The notes below the pieces were generated by a model that saw only the letters and a program-made list of their open reading frames with translations, ran no database searches and had not been told where the DNA came from. A program made the position numbers and the translations under genes. A DNA stretch of 64,000 nt, from NCBI GenBank assembly GCA_965212025.1, contig OZ243039.1, positions 946,180 through 1,010,179 on the forward strand, given 5' to 3'. Source of the DNA: Candidatus Oxydemutatoraceae bacterium. GTDB lineage: Bacteria; Pseudomonadota; Gammaproteobacteria; Poriferisulfidales; Oxydemutatoraceae. Positions 29,773-39,877 of this stretch are shown piece by piece; positions within the stretch are counted from its first letter, which is position 1; the number at the start of each line of letters is the position of its first letter.

Positions 29773-30704
29773 GTGAAACCACTCGCAGCGGTTGCTGTTT
29801 CCAGTGTGGGTGGGGCAACTACGCTGGTGGTGGTGTTCGGTCTGCTTTCCTTCGTTTTTCCGCCTTTGGGGTTGGTGGCCGGGGGTCTGCTTTCGCTGGT
29901 GGTTCTGAGCCATGGATTGCAGCGGGCGTTCACCGTCATGGCCATTTCGGCTTCTGCCTTGCTGCTGGTCGCGTACTTGTTGCCGTCTCAGGCGGACACA
30001 GATGAAATTTCCTGGTTGGGGATGATGTTCTTGCTGGGAATACAGTGGCTGCCTTTGGTGTTCGCTTCCGAGTTGATGCGGCGGTCCAATTCTTTGTCTT
30101 TCGCAGGTCAGGCGCTAGCGGCCTTGGGTCTGCTCATGGTGTTGCTGGTTTCCTGGTTTGTCCCGGAGCGCGCCGCGCTTTGGGGAGAACTGATTGATGA
30201 TAGTGCTGGTGAATTGCTGCAGGAATTGTTTGCTGCCGACCCGCAAATACGTGATGTCTACGAGCTGGTTCTGCAACAGATGACCGGTATTGCGTTTTTT
30301 ACTTTGGCGACGCTGATCTGGATTCCGGCGTTGATGGTTGGCAGGTGGTGGCAGAGCCAGTTATTTTCGCCAGGCAGTTTCAGTGGCGAATACGCGCATT
30401 TCAGGATGGGGAAAGTGGCTTCCATTCTGTTGATGGCTTTGCTGCTGCTTTCGGTTTTGGACGATAACCTGCTGGTTAACGAATTGCTGCTGGTGCTGAT
30501 ACCATTTTTAATCTTTCAGTTTGCGGCCGCACTTTATTATTTGGCAAAAAGCAGATTGCAGGTCAGCCGATGGCAGGTTTTTTTTTGCACTGCATTTTTT
30601 TTCTGGCGCTACTCGTAGCTCCGCTCCTGTTTGCGTTTGTGTTCAGTTTTCTAGGTGCCATTGATGGCTTGTTCAGTAAGCGCGCCAGGCTGAACAAGCA
30701 ATAA
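29773..30704 (+). CDS. DUF2232/YybS-like membrane protein; frameshift in T-runs at 30578-30602
   Basis: Polytopic membrane ORF between rpsR and rplI with GRWWQSQLFSPGSF.GEY..FRMGK. The tail LALLVAPLL...LGAIDGLFSKRARLNKQ* lies in another frame. Confidence 0.75.
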
Positions 30705-30737
30705 AGCTTGTATTCAGGAATTTTTTAAGGGGGAAAT

Positions 30738-31193
30738 ATGAAATTGGTGTTACTGTCCGATGTTGAGAGTCTTGGCAAAATCGGTGATGTTGTCGACGTG
30801 AAAATGGGCTACGCGCGCAATTACCTGGTTCCGTATGGGAAGGCGTTGCATGCGACGGAAGAAAACCTGGCGTCAGTCCAGATCAAATTGGACGAGTTGG
30901 CGTGTGAAGCCGCCGAGGAGCTGGGGGTCGCCAGGCTTCGTCAGAAAAAACTCGACGGTTTGGCGATTGCGGTCAGCGTTCGAACCACCGAGGAAGGCAA
31001 GATGTTCGGCTCCGTGGGCAGCTCGGATATCGTTGCAGCCATACAGGAATCCTCTGGTCTGGATGTGCCAAGGAGTGAAGTGCAGCTTCCCGAAGGACCC
31101 ATACGGGAGCTGGGTGATCATGAAATCACGGTCGCCCTCTATCCCGAAGTCACTGCGCTCGTGAAGCTAAGCCTGGTAAAACAGGAAGACTGA
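30738..31193 (+). CDS. rplI: 50S ribosomal protein L9
   Basis: MKLVLLSDVESLGKIGDVVDVKMGYARNYLVP...GKMFGSV. Confidence 0.97.
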   Translation: MKLVLLSDVESLGKIGDVVDVKMGYARNYLVPYGKALHATEENLASVQIKLDELACEAAEELGVARLRQKKLDGLAIAVSVRTTEEGKMFGSVGSSDIVAAIQESSGLDVPRSEVQLPEGPIRELGDHEITVALYPEVTALVKLSLVKQED

Positions 31194-31197
31194 GGCC

Positions 31198-32649
31198 ATG
31201 GCGGCGATTCCTCTACTTGAAGAATTGGAATCGCCGGTACTGGAAGACATCCGGCGTCCGCCGCACTCCTTGGTGGCGGAACAAGCTGTGCTCGGCGGGC
31301 TGATGCTGGACAACGATGGCTGGGACAAGGTTGCGGATCTGATAAGCGAGGCTGATTTTTTCGTCAAAGAGCATCGCCACCTGTTTTCGGTCATCAACGC
31401 GTTGGTGCAAAAGGACACGCCGTTCGACGCAGTCACCATTTCGGAACGGATCTCCTCCAGTAAAGATGGCGCCCGTGCCGGAAAAGCCGGAGCGCTGGCC
31501 TACTTGGCGAAAATCGCCAGCGAAACCCCCAGTGCCGCAAATATTCGTGCATACGCGGAGATCGTGCGGCAAAAATCCATTCGTCGTGCATTGATCGCGG
31601 CGGCCAACCAGATGATAGAAAGCTCCTATTCCGAGCAGAGTGAAGACAGCCGCATGCTGCTGGATAAGGCGGAAAAAGTGGTTTTTGAAATTGCGGACCA
31701 AGACAGCAACCGGGCAGGCGGTTTTGTTCCCATCAGCACATTAAGCACGACCGTCTTCGATGAGATTGACGCCTTGGGAGACTCTGGCTCTGACTTGACC
31801 GGGCTGAGCACAGGGTTCAAGGAATTAGACGAAAAAACTTCGGGACTGCAGAAAGGAGATTTGATCATCGTGGCCGGCCGCCCCGGAATGGGGAAAACCA
31901 GCTTCGCATTGAACATTGTCGAACAGGTGGCGATGAAGCGAAAAGATTGCCCGGTCGCGGTTTTCAGTATGGAAATGTCAGGCAGGCAGCTGGCGATGCG
32001 TTTTTATTCTTCGCTGGCAAGAATAAAACTGACTTCCTTACGCTCGGGAAGGCTTGAAAGTTATGAATGGCCGCGGATGACGTCAGCGATGAAAATGATG
32101 CAGGGCAGCCGGATACACATTGATGACAGCGGCACTTTGTCACCGGTTGAAATCCGTGCCCGGGCGCGGCGTTTGAAACGTGAGCAAGGTTCCCTGGGGT
32201 TGGTCGTCGTCGATTATTTGCAACTCATGCAGTCGTCTGTCAAGGCGGAAAACCGCACTATGGAAATCACGCACATTTCGCGATCCCTGAAAGCCATGGC
32301 CAGAGAGCTGGACGTTCCCGTGGTCGTGCTTTCCCAGTTAAATCGCAATGTCGAGCAACGTACAGATCACCGCCCGGTGCTGTCGGATTTACGGGATTCA
32401 GGAGCGATCGAGCAGGACGCTGACTTGATTCTCTTTCTGTACCGAAAAAAAGAAAATTCAGATGAGGACATTGAGCGGGACACTTCTTCCTACCGGGTGG
32501 AAATGGAAGCTGCAAAGCAACGTAACGGCCCGACCTTTACGACCAGCCTGACTTTCCTGGGCACGTTCACGCACTTCAAAGACTACATCAGCGATGAAAT
32601 CGCGGACGGCGAGATTTACTCGGATGGTGGTGACCATGATTACTTTTAG
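31198..32649 (+). CDS. dnaB: Replicative DNA helicase
   Basis: PPHSLVAEQAVLGGLM, AGRPGMGKT, FSMEM, VDYLQLM, SQLNR and SDLRDSGAIEQDAD. Confidence 0.97.
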   Translation: MAAIPLLEELESPVLEDIRRPPHSLVAEQAVLGGLMLDNDGWDKVADLISEADFFVKEHRHLFSVINALVQKDTPFDAVTISERISSSKDGARAGKAGALAYLAKIASETPSAANIRAYAEIVRQKSIRRALIAAANQMIESSYSEQSEDSRMLLDKAEKVVFEIADQDSNRAGGFVPISTLSTTVFDEIDALGDSGSDLTGLSTGFKELDEKTSGLQKGDLIIVAGRPGMGKTSFALNIVEQVAMKRKDCPVAVFSMEMSGRQLAMRFYSSLARIKLTSLRSGRLESYEWPRMTSAMKMMQGSRIHIDDSGTLSPVEIRARARRLKREQGSLGLVVVDYLQLMQSSVKAENRTMEITHISRSLKAMARELDVPVVVLSQLNRNVEQRTDHRPVLSDLRDSGAIEQDADLILFLYRKKENSDEDIERDTSSYRVEMEAAKQRNGPTFTTSLTFLGTFTHFKDYISDEIADGEIYSDGGDHDYF

Positions 32650-32768
32650 CTCGCTTCATCTGCGAGTCCGGAGTGCCGGCAGCGGATGACGCGGTTCTGA
32701 GCGATTCCCCGGTTGCGGGCATTGTGGAAACGGGATGGTTTTCTGCGTAACGGGAATGGTGAGACGGG

Positions 32769-33910
32769 GACGGGACGGTGAGTCAGTGGGAGTGAATAGA
32801 CATTTGGCAGTGGGCGCTCTGGAAAGTTGGCGAAACACTCGCCTGAAGCGCCGACTGACCGTCTGGTGTCTGGGGGCGGCTTTGCTGCTCGTATTGATCC
32901 TGGCTTCTACCCCAGGCGCCGTGCCGCTGCCATTTGCCGAATTGTTTCATGCGCTCGTCGGGGATGGCGATTTTCAGGATGGGGAAGGTGTGCTCGCCAC
33001 GGTGAGTCAGTGGGAGTGAATAGACATTTGGCAGTGGGCGCTCTGGAAAGTTGGCGAAACACTCGCCTGAAGCGCCGACTGACCGTCTGGTGTCTGGGGG
33101 CGGCTTTGCTGCTCGTATTGATCCTGGCTTCTACCCTAGGCGCCGTGCCGCTGCCATTTGCCGAATTGTTTCATGCGCTCGTCGGGGATGGCGATCTTCA
33201 GGATGGGGAAGGTGTGCTCGGGACGGGACGGTGAGTCGGTGGGAGTGAATAGACATTTGGCAGTGGGCGCTCTGGAAAGTTGGCGAAACACTCGCCTGAA
33301 GCGCCGACTGACCGTCTGGTGTCTGGGGGCGGCTTTGCTGCTCGTATTGATCCTGGCTTCTACCCCAGGCGCCGTGCCGCTGCCATTTGCCGAATTGTTT
33401 CATGCGCTCGTCGGGGATGGCGATTTTCAGGACGGGGAAGGCGTGCTCGGGACGGGACGGTGAGTCAGTGGGAGTGAATAGACATTTGGCAGTGGGCGCT
33501 CTGGAAAGTTGGCGAAACACTCGCCTGAAGCGCCGACTGACCGTCTGGTGTCTGGGGGCGGCTTTGCTGCTCGTATTGATCCTGGCTTCTACCGTAGGCG
33601 CCGTGTCGCTGTCATTTGCCGAATTGTTTCATGCGCTCGTCGGGGATGGCGATTTTCAGGACGGGGAAGGCGTGCTCGGGACGGGACGGTGAGTCGGTGG
33701 GAGTGAATAGACATTTGGCAGTGGGCGCTCTGGAAAGTTGGCGAAACACTCGCCTGAAGCGCCGACTGACCGTCTGGTGTCTGGGGGCGGCTTTGCTGCT
33801 CGTATTGATCCTGGCTTCTACCCTAGGCGCCGTGCCGCTGCCATTTGCCGAATTGTTTCATGCGCTCGTCGGGGATGGCGATTTTCAGGACGGGGAAGGC
33901 GTGCTCGCCA
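32769..33910 (+). repeat. Five tandem copies (224/229-bp units) of the 5' end of the ABC permease gene
   Basis: ggtgagtc(a/g)gtgggagtgaatag occurs at 32777, 33001, 33230, 33459 and 33688. Only the last copy continues into the gene. Confidence 0.92.
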
Positions 33911-34782
33911 CTTATTCGTCTATTTGGTTCTCGTTGCGTCTGCCGCGCCTGCTGCTCGCAGCGGTGATCGGGATGGTGCTGGCGGGCAGTGGCGTGGTCA
34001 TGCAAAGCCTGTTTCAGAATCCGCTCGGTGATCCGGCGTTGTTGGGGGTGTCAGGAGGTGCCGCGATGGGCACGGTTCTTGTTTTGGCATTGGGCTGGCA
34101 TCAGGGTGGCGGTCTTTCATTTATGGTTTTGCCTTTTGCCGCCTTTATTGGGGGTCTGCTTGCCGTCCTTCTTGTCTACATGGTCGCGCGTCGTGTCGGC
34201 CGTACAGATATGGCGTCCTTGCTTTTGGGTGGTGTGGCGCTGAATGCGTTAACGGCGGCGGTAACCGGGGTGTTCATAGTTCGCTCCACTGACCCGGAAT
34301 TGCGCGGATTCATGTTTTGGATGTTGGGCGGTCTGGACGACGCTGATTGGTTCCGGCTTGGCGTGGTGTCGCTTTTTGCCTTTCCGGCGCTCGCGGTGAT
34401 TTTGGCGGCGGGCAAGGAGCTGGACGCCTTTGCCTTGGGAGAGCGCAACGCCTTCTGGCTGGGGTTGGCAGTTGAACGCTGGCACTTGGCGCTGGTCATC
34501 GCCGTTTCCGCTGCTGTCGGGATCAGCGTGGCATTTTGCGGAATCATCGGCTTTGTCGGTTTGCTGGCGCCGCACTTGGTGCGTGCCTTAATCGGGGCAA
34601 GTCATACGACCTTGTTGCCGGGGGCGTTGTTTCTGGGAGCCATCATTCTGGTTTTGGCGGATCTGGTTGCGCGCACCGCATTTTTGCCTGGAGAGGCACC
34701 GGTCGGTGTGATGACTGCTTTCCTGGGGGTTCCGTTTTTTCTGTTCCTGTTGCTTGCCAATCGGCAACGCGATTTCGCTTGA
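33697..34782 (+). CDS. Iron-chelate/heme ABC transporter permease (FecCD/HmuU/BtuC family)
   Basis: LRLPRLLLA, MQSLFQNPLGDP.LLGVSGGA, FWMLGGL, ALGERNA..LG and CGIIGFVGLLAPH. Confidence 0.9.
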   Translation: MGVNRHLAVGALESWRNTRLKRRLTVWCLGAALLLVLILASTLGAVPLPFAELFHALVGDGDFQDGEGVLATYSSIWFSLRLPRLLLAAVIGMVLAGSGVVMQSLFQNPLGDPALLGVSGGAAMGTVLVLALGWHQGGGLSFMVLPFAAFIGGLLAVLLVYMVARRVGRTDMASLLLGGVALNALTAAVTGVFIVRSTDPELRGFMFWMLGGLDDADWFRLGVVSLFAFPALAVILAAGKELDAFALGERNAFWLGLAVERWHLALVIAVSAAVGISVAFCGIIGFVGLLAPHLVRALIGASHTTLLPGALFLGAIILVLADLVARTAFLPGEAPVGVMTAFLGVPFFLFLLLANRQRDFA

Positions 34783-35573
34783 GCCTGGTTGCCGACTCGC
34801 TGAGTTACGGTGTCAGTGGGAAAACACTGATACGCGATTTCAGTATGGTTTTTCGTCGCGGGGAAATGGTCGCGGTGGTGGGGAACAATGGTTCGGGCAA
34901 ATCCACGCTGCTGTCTTTGCTGGCTGGGTGCCCGCTACCGGACACGGGTTCGATTCGCCTGGATGATCTGGAACTCAGCGCTTGGAAGGTCGCAGCTCTT
35001 GCGCGCCGCCGGGTCATGTTGCCGCAGGCCTTTGCCTTGAATTTTCCTTACTGCGTGGCTGACGTGGTAAAAATGGGGGGCGTTTCAGGCGTTTTGCAAC
35101 GGCGGGAAGACCAGGTTTTGTGCGAGGTCATGCACTGGTTTGACATTGGCCACTTGGCGAATGCGCGGTGGGACACGCTCTCCGGCGGTGAGCGGCAACG
35201 GACTCATCTTGCCCGGGCGGTGCTACAGGTCTTGACGGGAGACGCAGACGAATTTCGTTATTTATTGCTCGACGAACCAACGGCGTCTCTTGATCTCAAG
35301 TATGGCCATCGCCTGATGGAAGTGCTGGAAAAATTGTTGGAAGCAGGGGTGTGTGTGGTCTTGGTCAGCCATGACTTGGCACTGTTGCTGAACCGTGTGG
35401 ATCTTGTCGTCATGCTGGAGTCCGGAAAGGTGTATTTTCAGGGTCCGCCGAACGTCGCGCTTAATCCTGAAAAGATCGGTGCCGTTTTTGGGGTGGGTGC
35501 CACTTTGCTTCGTGAATCGGCGAGTGGGCAGGTGGCGTTGCTCACGGAGCCTCTATGCGGGAACCGTGCGTGA
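34779..35573 (+). CDS. Heme/iron-chelate ABC transporter ATP-binding protein (HmuV-like)
   Basis: GNNGSGKST, LARRRVMLPQ, LSGGERQR, LLLDEPTASLD and SHD. The TTG start overlaps the permease stop. Confidence 0.88.
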   Translation: MSLVADSLSYGVSGKTLIRDFSMVFRRGEMVAVVGNNGSGKSTLLSLLAGCPLPDTGSIRLDDLELSAWKVAALARRRVMLPQAFALNFPYCVADVVKMGGVSGVLQRREDQVLCEVMHWFDIGHLANARWDTLSGGERQRTHLARAVLQVLTGDADEFRYLLLDEPTASLDLKYGHRLMEVLEKLLEAGVCVVLVSHDLALLLNRVDLVVMLESGKVYFQGPPNVALNPEKIGAVFGVGATLLRESASGQVALLTEPLCGNRA

Positions 35574-35722
35574 TAGCATAGACGGCGACCGTTTGTTCCG
35601 GTGTGAAGCCTTTCAGTCAGAGCAACGTGTCCTGATTGGGATGGTGCGTGAAAGTGCGCTTCGGGTCTTTGGTTCTGAACCCGCATGGTGCCGGTTTCTA
35701 CTCACTGTAAAAAGCAGAATTT

Positions 35723-36724
35723 ATGGCTAATTTGAAAAAATCATTAAGCGCCACCTTAAGTAAAATAGAACAGGATTTTGGCAAAGGGGCGGTGATCCGT
35801 TTGGGCAGCACAGAAACCATGCGCGTTCCTGTGATTTCCACGGGCTCACTGTCTTTGGATGCCGCACTCGGCATTGGTGGGTTGCCTGTCAAACGCGTGG
35901 TGGAAATTTACGGACCGGAGTCTTCGGGGAAAACCACTCTGGCTTTGCACGTGATTGCGGAGTGCCAGAAACAGGGAGGCGTCGCTGCCTTTGTAGATGC
36001 CGAGCACGCCATGGATCCCATCTACGCAGAAAAGTTGGGGGTGAACGTGGCGGAATTGCTGGTTTCACAACCTGATAACGGGGAACAGGCTCTGGGGATT
36101 ACCGACATATTGGTGGCTTCCGGAGAGGTGCAGGTAGTGGTTCTGGATTCGGTGGCAGCCTTGACTCCACGCGCGGAAATAGAAGGGGAAATGGGTGACA
36201 GCCACATGGGCTTGCACGCCCGCCTGATGTCTCAGGCTCTGAGAAAACTGACTGCCAGCATCCAGCGTGGCAATGCTCTGGTGGTTTTCATCAACCAGAT
36301 CCGCATGAAAATCGGGGTCGTGTTCGGTAATCCGGAAACCACAACCGGCGGCAACGCCCTGAAGTTCTTTTCTTCGATGCGGCTGGAAATCCGGCGTCAG
36401 TCCACGATCAAGGATGGGGACAAAGTCCTTGGCAACGAAGTGAAGGTCAAGGTGGTCAAAAACAAGCTTGCTCCACCGTTTCGCGTCGCGCATTTTGAAA
36501 TCCGCTACGGCGAAGGCATCAATCGGGTGACAGAGCTGATCACCTTAGGGGTCGAAAATGATCTGTTGGAGAAATCCGGTTCCTGGTATTCCTACCAGGG
36601 TCAGAGGATAGGACAGGGGAAGGAAAATGCGCGTGAGTGGCTGAAAAGCCATCCTGAAGCCAGACAAGCACTGCGAGCGGCATTACGCGAAAAATTGTTG
36701 CCTCCTTCGAACGCGTCTAAGTAA
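35723..36724 (+). CDS. recA: Recombinase A
   Basis: [25 protein letters not shown] and [27 protein letters not shown]. Confidence 0.99.
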   Translation: MANLKKSLSATLSKIEQDFGKGAVIRLGSTETMRVPVISTGSLSLDAALGIGGLPVKRVVEIYGPESSGKTTLALHVIAECQKQGGVAAFVDAEHAMDPIYAEKLGVNVAELLVSQPDNGEQALGITDILVASGEVQVVVLDSVAALTPRAEIEGEMGDSHMGLHARLMSQALRKLTASIQRGNALVVFINQIRMKIGVVFGNPETTTGGNALKFFSSMRLEIRRQSTIKDGDKVLGNEVKVKVVKNKLAPPFRVAHFEIRYGEGINRVTELITLGVENDLLEKSGSWYSYQGQRIGQGKENAREWLKSHPEARQALRAALREKLLPPSNASK

Positions 36725-36765
36725 GGCGCGGTCGGTGGAAGCAGCTACTGCTCCCGGTTCAGATT

Positions 36766-37221
36766 GTGCAAAAGCAAGGCAACAGAGTCCCGGTTTATGA
36801 AAAAGCACTCGTTTTGCTTGGCCGGCGTGAACACGCGCGATCCGAGTTGTGTGGCAAGCTGCTGCACCGGCACTATTCCAAAGCGGAGATAGACAAGACC
36901 CTGGATTCTCTGGAAGCGGAGAATCTGCTTTCCGATCACCGCTTTTGCGAAATGTACATCCTGTCCAGAAACCAGAGAGGCTATGGCCCCTTGCGAATCT
37001 CGCGTGAACTGTGCGCGAAGCAGGTGGCGAAAGACATTGTGTCGGCGGCGATCGCGGGTTGCGAATGTGACTGGGAGGCCAGTGCCCGACGATGTTTTGC
37101 AAAACGCTATGGCGAAGGGTGCATGCGCGCCGGAGAACCACCTGCGAAGCAACAGCACTATCTTTTTCAGCGTGGCTTTCCGGGCGAGGTCATAGCGCGC
37201 GTCCTGGCGGACGAGGTGTGA
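36766..37221 (+). CDS. recX: Regulatory protein RecX
   Basis: LLGRREHARSEL, LLSDHRF, GYGPLRISREL and YLFQRGF; it follows recA. Confidence 0.9.
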   Translation: MQKQGNRVPVYEKALVLLGRREHARSELCGKLLHRHYSKAEIDKTLDSLEAENLLSDHRFCEMYILSRNQRGYGPLRISRELCAKQVAKDIVSAAIAGCECDWEASARRCFAKRYGEGCMRAGEPPAKQQHYLFQRGFPGEVIARVLADEV

Positions 37222-37232
37222 ACAAGCAGGCC

Positions 37233-39836
37233 ATGAATCAGACCGTCAGCAAAAGCTACGAAATTCGTTCGGCTTTTCTGGATTTCTTCCGGCAGCGTGG
37301 CCATCGGATTGTGCCTTCCAGTTCGCTCGTCCCGGCGGGTGACCCCAGTCTGCTGTTCACAAATTCCGGCATGGTGCAGTTCAAGGATATTTTTCTGGGC
37401 AATACGCAAAGCGAGTACCAGCGGGCGGCTAGCTGCCAGCGTTGTTTGCGCGCAGGTGGCAAACACAACGATTTGGAAAATGTGGGCTACACCCGAAGCC
37501 ATCACACTTTTTTCGAAATGCTCGGCAACTTCAGTTTCGGTGATTACTCCAAGCGGGAAGCGATTATCTATGCGTGGGAATTTTTGGGGGAAGTCTTGCG
37601 ATTGCCGCGCGAGAAATTGTGGGTCACGGTTTATGAAGACGACGATGAGGCGGCAGAAGTCTGGTCAAAGGAAACCGGAATTGACAGGCAACGCATTTCG
37701 TCTCTGGGAGAGGCGGACAATTTCTGGTCGATGGGAAAAACCGGACCCTGCGGCCCGTGCGCCGAGGTCTACTACGATCGCGGGCCAGAAGTGAAAGGAG
37801 GACCGCCGGGGTCGGGCGAAGATGGGGAACGCTTTGTTGAGATATGGAACCTGGTCTTCATGCTCTATGAGCGAGACGGGCAGAATCAATTACACGACTT
37901 GCCCCGTCAGTGCGTTGATACCGGGATGGGTCTGGAGCGTATTTCGGCAGTGATGCAAGGTGTGGAGTCCAATTTTGAAACCGATTTGTTCAACACGCTT
38001 CTGCGTCGGGTCGCTGAGCTTCTTTCTGTGGATGGGTTGGATCATCCTTCTTTGAAAGTGATTGCTGACCATGCCCGTGCCTGTACTTTTTTGATCGCAG
38101 ACGGGGTTTTTCCTGCCAACGACGGACACGGCTATGTTTTAAGGAGAATCATTCGTCGTGCCATCCGTCATGGGCATAAATTGGGCGCGCGGCGACCTTT
38201 TTTCCATCAGCTTGCCGGACAGGTGATTGAGGAGATGCATCTTGTCTATCCTGGGTTGCTTGAGCCGCGTGGCTTCGTGATGCGTGTGTTGGAGTCGGAG
38301 GAACTGCGTTTTGCCGAGACGCTGGACGAGGGCTTGAAAATTCTTGAGGCCGAGCTGCCGAGGCTGTCTGGTTCGGAAATTCCCGGAGAGTTTGTTTTCA
38401 AGCTTTTTGACACATACGGATTTCCGGCTGACCTGACTGCGGACATTGCCCGTGAAAAAAATCTGCAGGTCGATTTGGCTGGTTTTGAGACCGCCATGCA
38501 GGCGCAGCGTTCCCGCTCACGTGCGGCGGCCGGCTTTCGTGCTTCACGTAAATCAGATGCCCCGGCCATCTCGGTCAAAAGCACATTTTGCGGATACCAG
38601 TCGTCTGCCGGAACGGCGCGGCTGCTTGAGTTGTTCGTGGATGGCAATTCGGTCAACCGTCTCACGCAAAATCAGGATGCAGTTGTGGTGCTGGATGAGA
38701 CGCCGTTTTATGCGGAAGGCGGTGGGCAGCTTGGTGATACCGGTCATTTGGAAAACAGGAATGGTTTTTTTGCCGTTCGGGACACCCAAAAACAAGGTCA
38801 CGCGATCATGCATATCGGCACCTTGCAGAAAGGGACAATCCAGGTTGGCGAGACCCTGTTTGCCCGGATTGACCAGCAAAGACGGGCGAATTTGGCGTTA
38901 AACCATTCCGCAACGCATCTTTTGAACGCCGCGCTGCGGCAAGTTCTGGGTAAACACGTTACCCAGAAAGGTTCACTGGTTGCCCCGGATCGCCTGCGCT
39001 TCGATTTTTCCCATGACCGGCGCCTGTCAGAAGCTGAAAAGGCGGAAATAGAAGCTTTGGTGAATCGGGAAATCCGGCGGAACTCGGAAGTGCAGGTTGA
39101 ACTTTTGCCGCGCGAAGAGGCTATTGCCAAGGGGGCGATGGCGTTGTTCGGGGAGAAATACGAGGATGAAGTTCGAGTGCTGGGTATGGGGGAATTTTCC
39201 ATAGAGCTTTGCGGTGGCACACACGTAACGCATACCGGCGATATCGGGCTGTTCAAAATCATTTCCGACTCGGCCATTGCTGCCGGAGTCAGGCGTATAG
39301 AGGCACTGAGCGGGGAAACGGCGTGTCAGTACGTTGGTGAAGTGGAGCAGCAGTTGAAAGAGGTGGCACTATTGCTGAAAACGGAGCGTCCCATGCTCCT
39401 GGAAAAAGTTAAAAAACTGCTGGCCGAGCGTCGGGCATTGGCAAAGCGTCCGGACAAAGAACGCCACAGGAGCCTTTTTATTCCGGGAATGCTGAACTCA
39501 CATGACGTCAACGGGGTCAAAGTGTTAACGGGATACTTACCGGAGATGGATCGCCAGAACCTGCGCCAACAGGTGGATCTGTTAAAAGGCGATTTGGATC
39601 GCGGGGTGGTGGTGGTGGCGGGCGGTGAAAGTGGCAAAGTGCGCCTGGTGGTAGGGGTCACGCCAAATGCGGTCGGGCAAATTCACGCGGGTCAGCTGGC
39701 TTCCAGCCTGGCGGAAAAGCTGGGTGGCAAAGGGGGTGGTCGCGCCAATATGGCGGAAGCCGGTGGCGATAATCCTCACGCTATTGAGGACGTGCTTTCC
39801 CAGGTGCCCACTTGGGTTCGTGCCCGGACTTCCTGA
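37233..39836 (+). CDS. alaS: Alanine--tRNA ligase
   Basis: LLFTNSGMVQFK, HHTFFEMLGNFSFGDY, DTGMGLER, NHSATHLL and ELCGGTH. Confidence 0.98.
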   Translation: MNQTVSKSYEIRSAFLDFFRQRGHRIVPSSSLVPAGDPSLLFTNSGMVQFKDIFLGNTQSEYQRAASCQRCLRAGGKHNDLENVGYTRSHHTFFEMLGNFSFGDYSKREAIIYAWEFLGEVLRLPREKLWVTVYEDDDEAAEVWSKETGIDRQRISSLGEADNFWSMGKTGPCGPCAEVYYDRGPEVKGGPPGSGEDGERFVEIWNLVFMLYERDGQNQLHDLPRQCVDTGMGLERISAVMQGVESNFETDLFNTLLRRVAELLSVDGLDHPSLKVIADHARACTFLIADGVFPANDGHGYVLRRIIRRAIRHGHKLGARRPFFHQLAGQVIEEMHLVYPGLLEPRGFVMRVLESEELRFAETLDEGLKILEAELPRLSGSEIPGEFVFKLFDTYGFPADLTADIAREKNLQVDLAGFETAMQAQRSRSRAAAGFRASRKSDAPAISVKSTFCGYQSSAGTARLLELFVDGNSVNRLTQNQDAVVVLDETPFYAEGGGQLGDTGHLENRNGFFAVRDTQKQGHAIMHIGTLQKGTIQVGETLFARIDQQRRANLALNHSATHLLNAALRQVLGKHVTQKGSLVAPDRLRFDFSHDRRLSEAEKAEIEALVNREIRRNSEVQVELLPREEAIAKGAMALFGEKYEDEVRVLGMGEFSIELCGGTHVTHTGDIGLFKIISDSAIAAGVRRIEALSGETACQYVGEVEQQLKEVALLLKTERPMLLEKVKKLLAERRALAKRPDKERHRSLFIPGMLNSHDVNGVKVLTGYLPEMDRQNLRQQVDLLKGDLDRGVVVVAGGESGKVRLVVGVTPNAVGQIHAGQLASSLAEKLGGKGGGRANMAEAGGDNPHAIEDVLSQVPTWVRARTS

Positions 39837-39877
39837 ATTTTTCGTTCAGGTTTCTTTCCCGGTTTTAAGAGCTGTCA

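Noticed and set aside
32650-32790. Cobalamin riboswitch upstream of the FecCD/BtuC-like permease
   Set aside because: Only scattered short matches (gggaa, gagtcag) are present, and the conserved core and B12 box could not be identified by eye.
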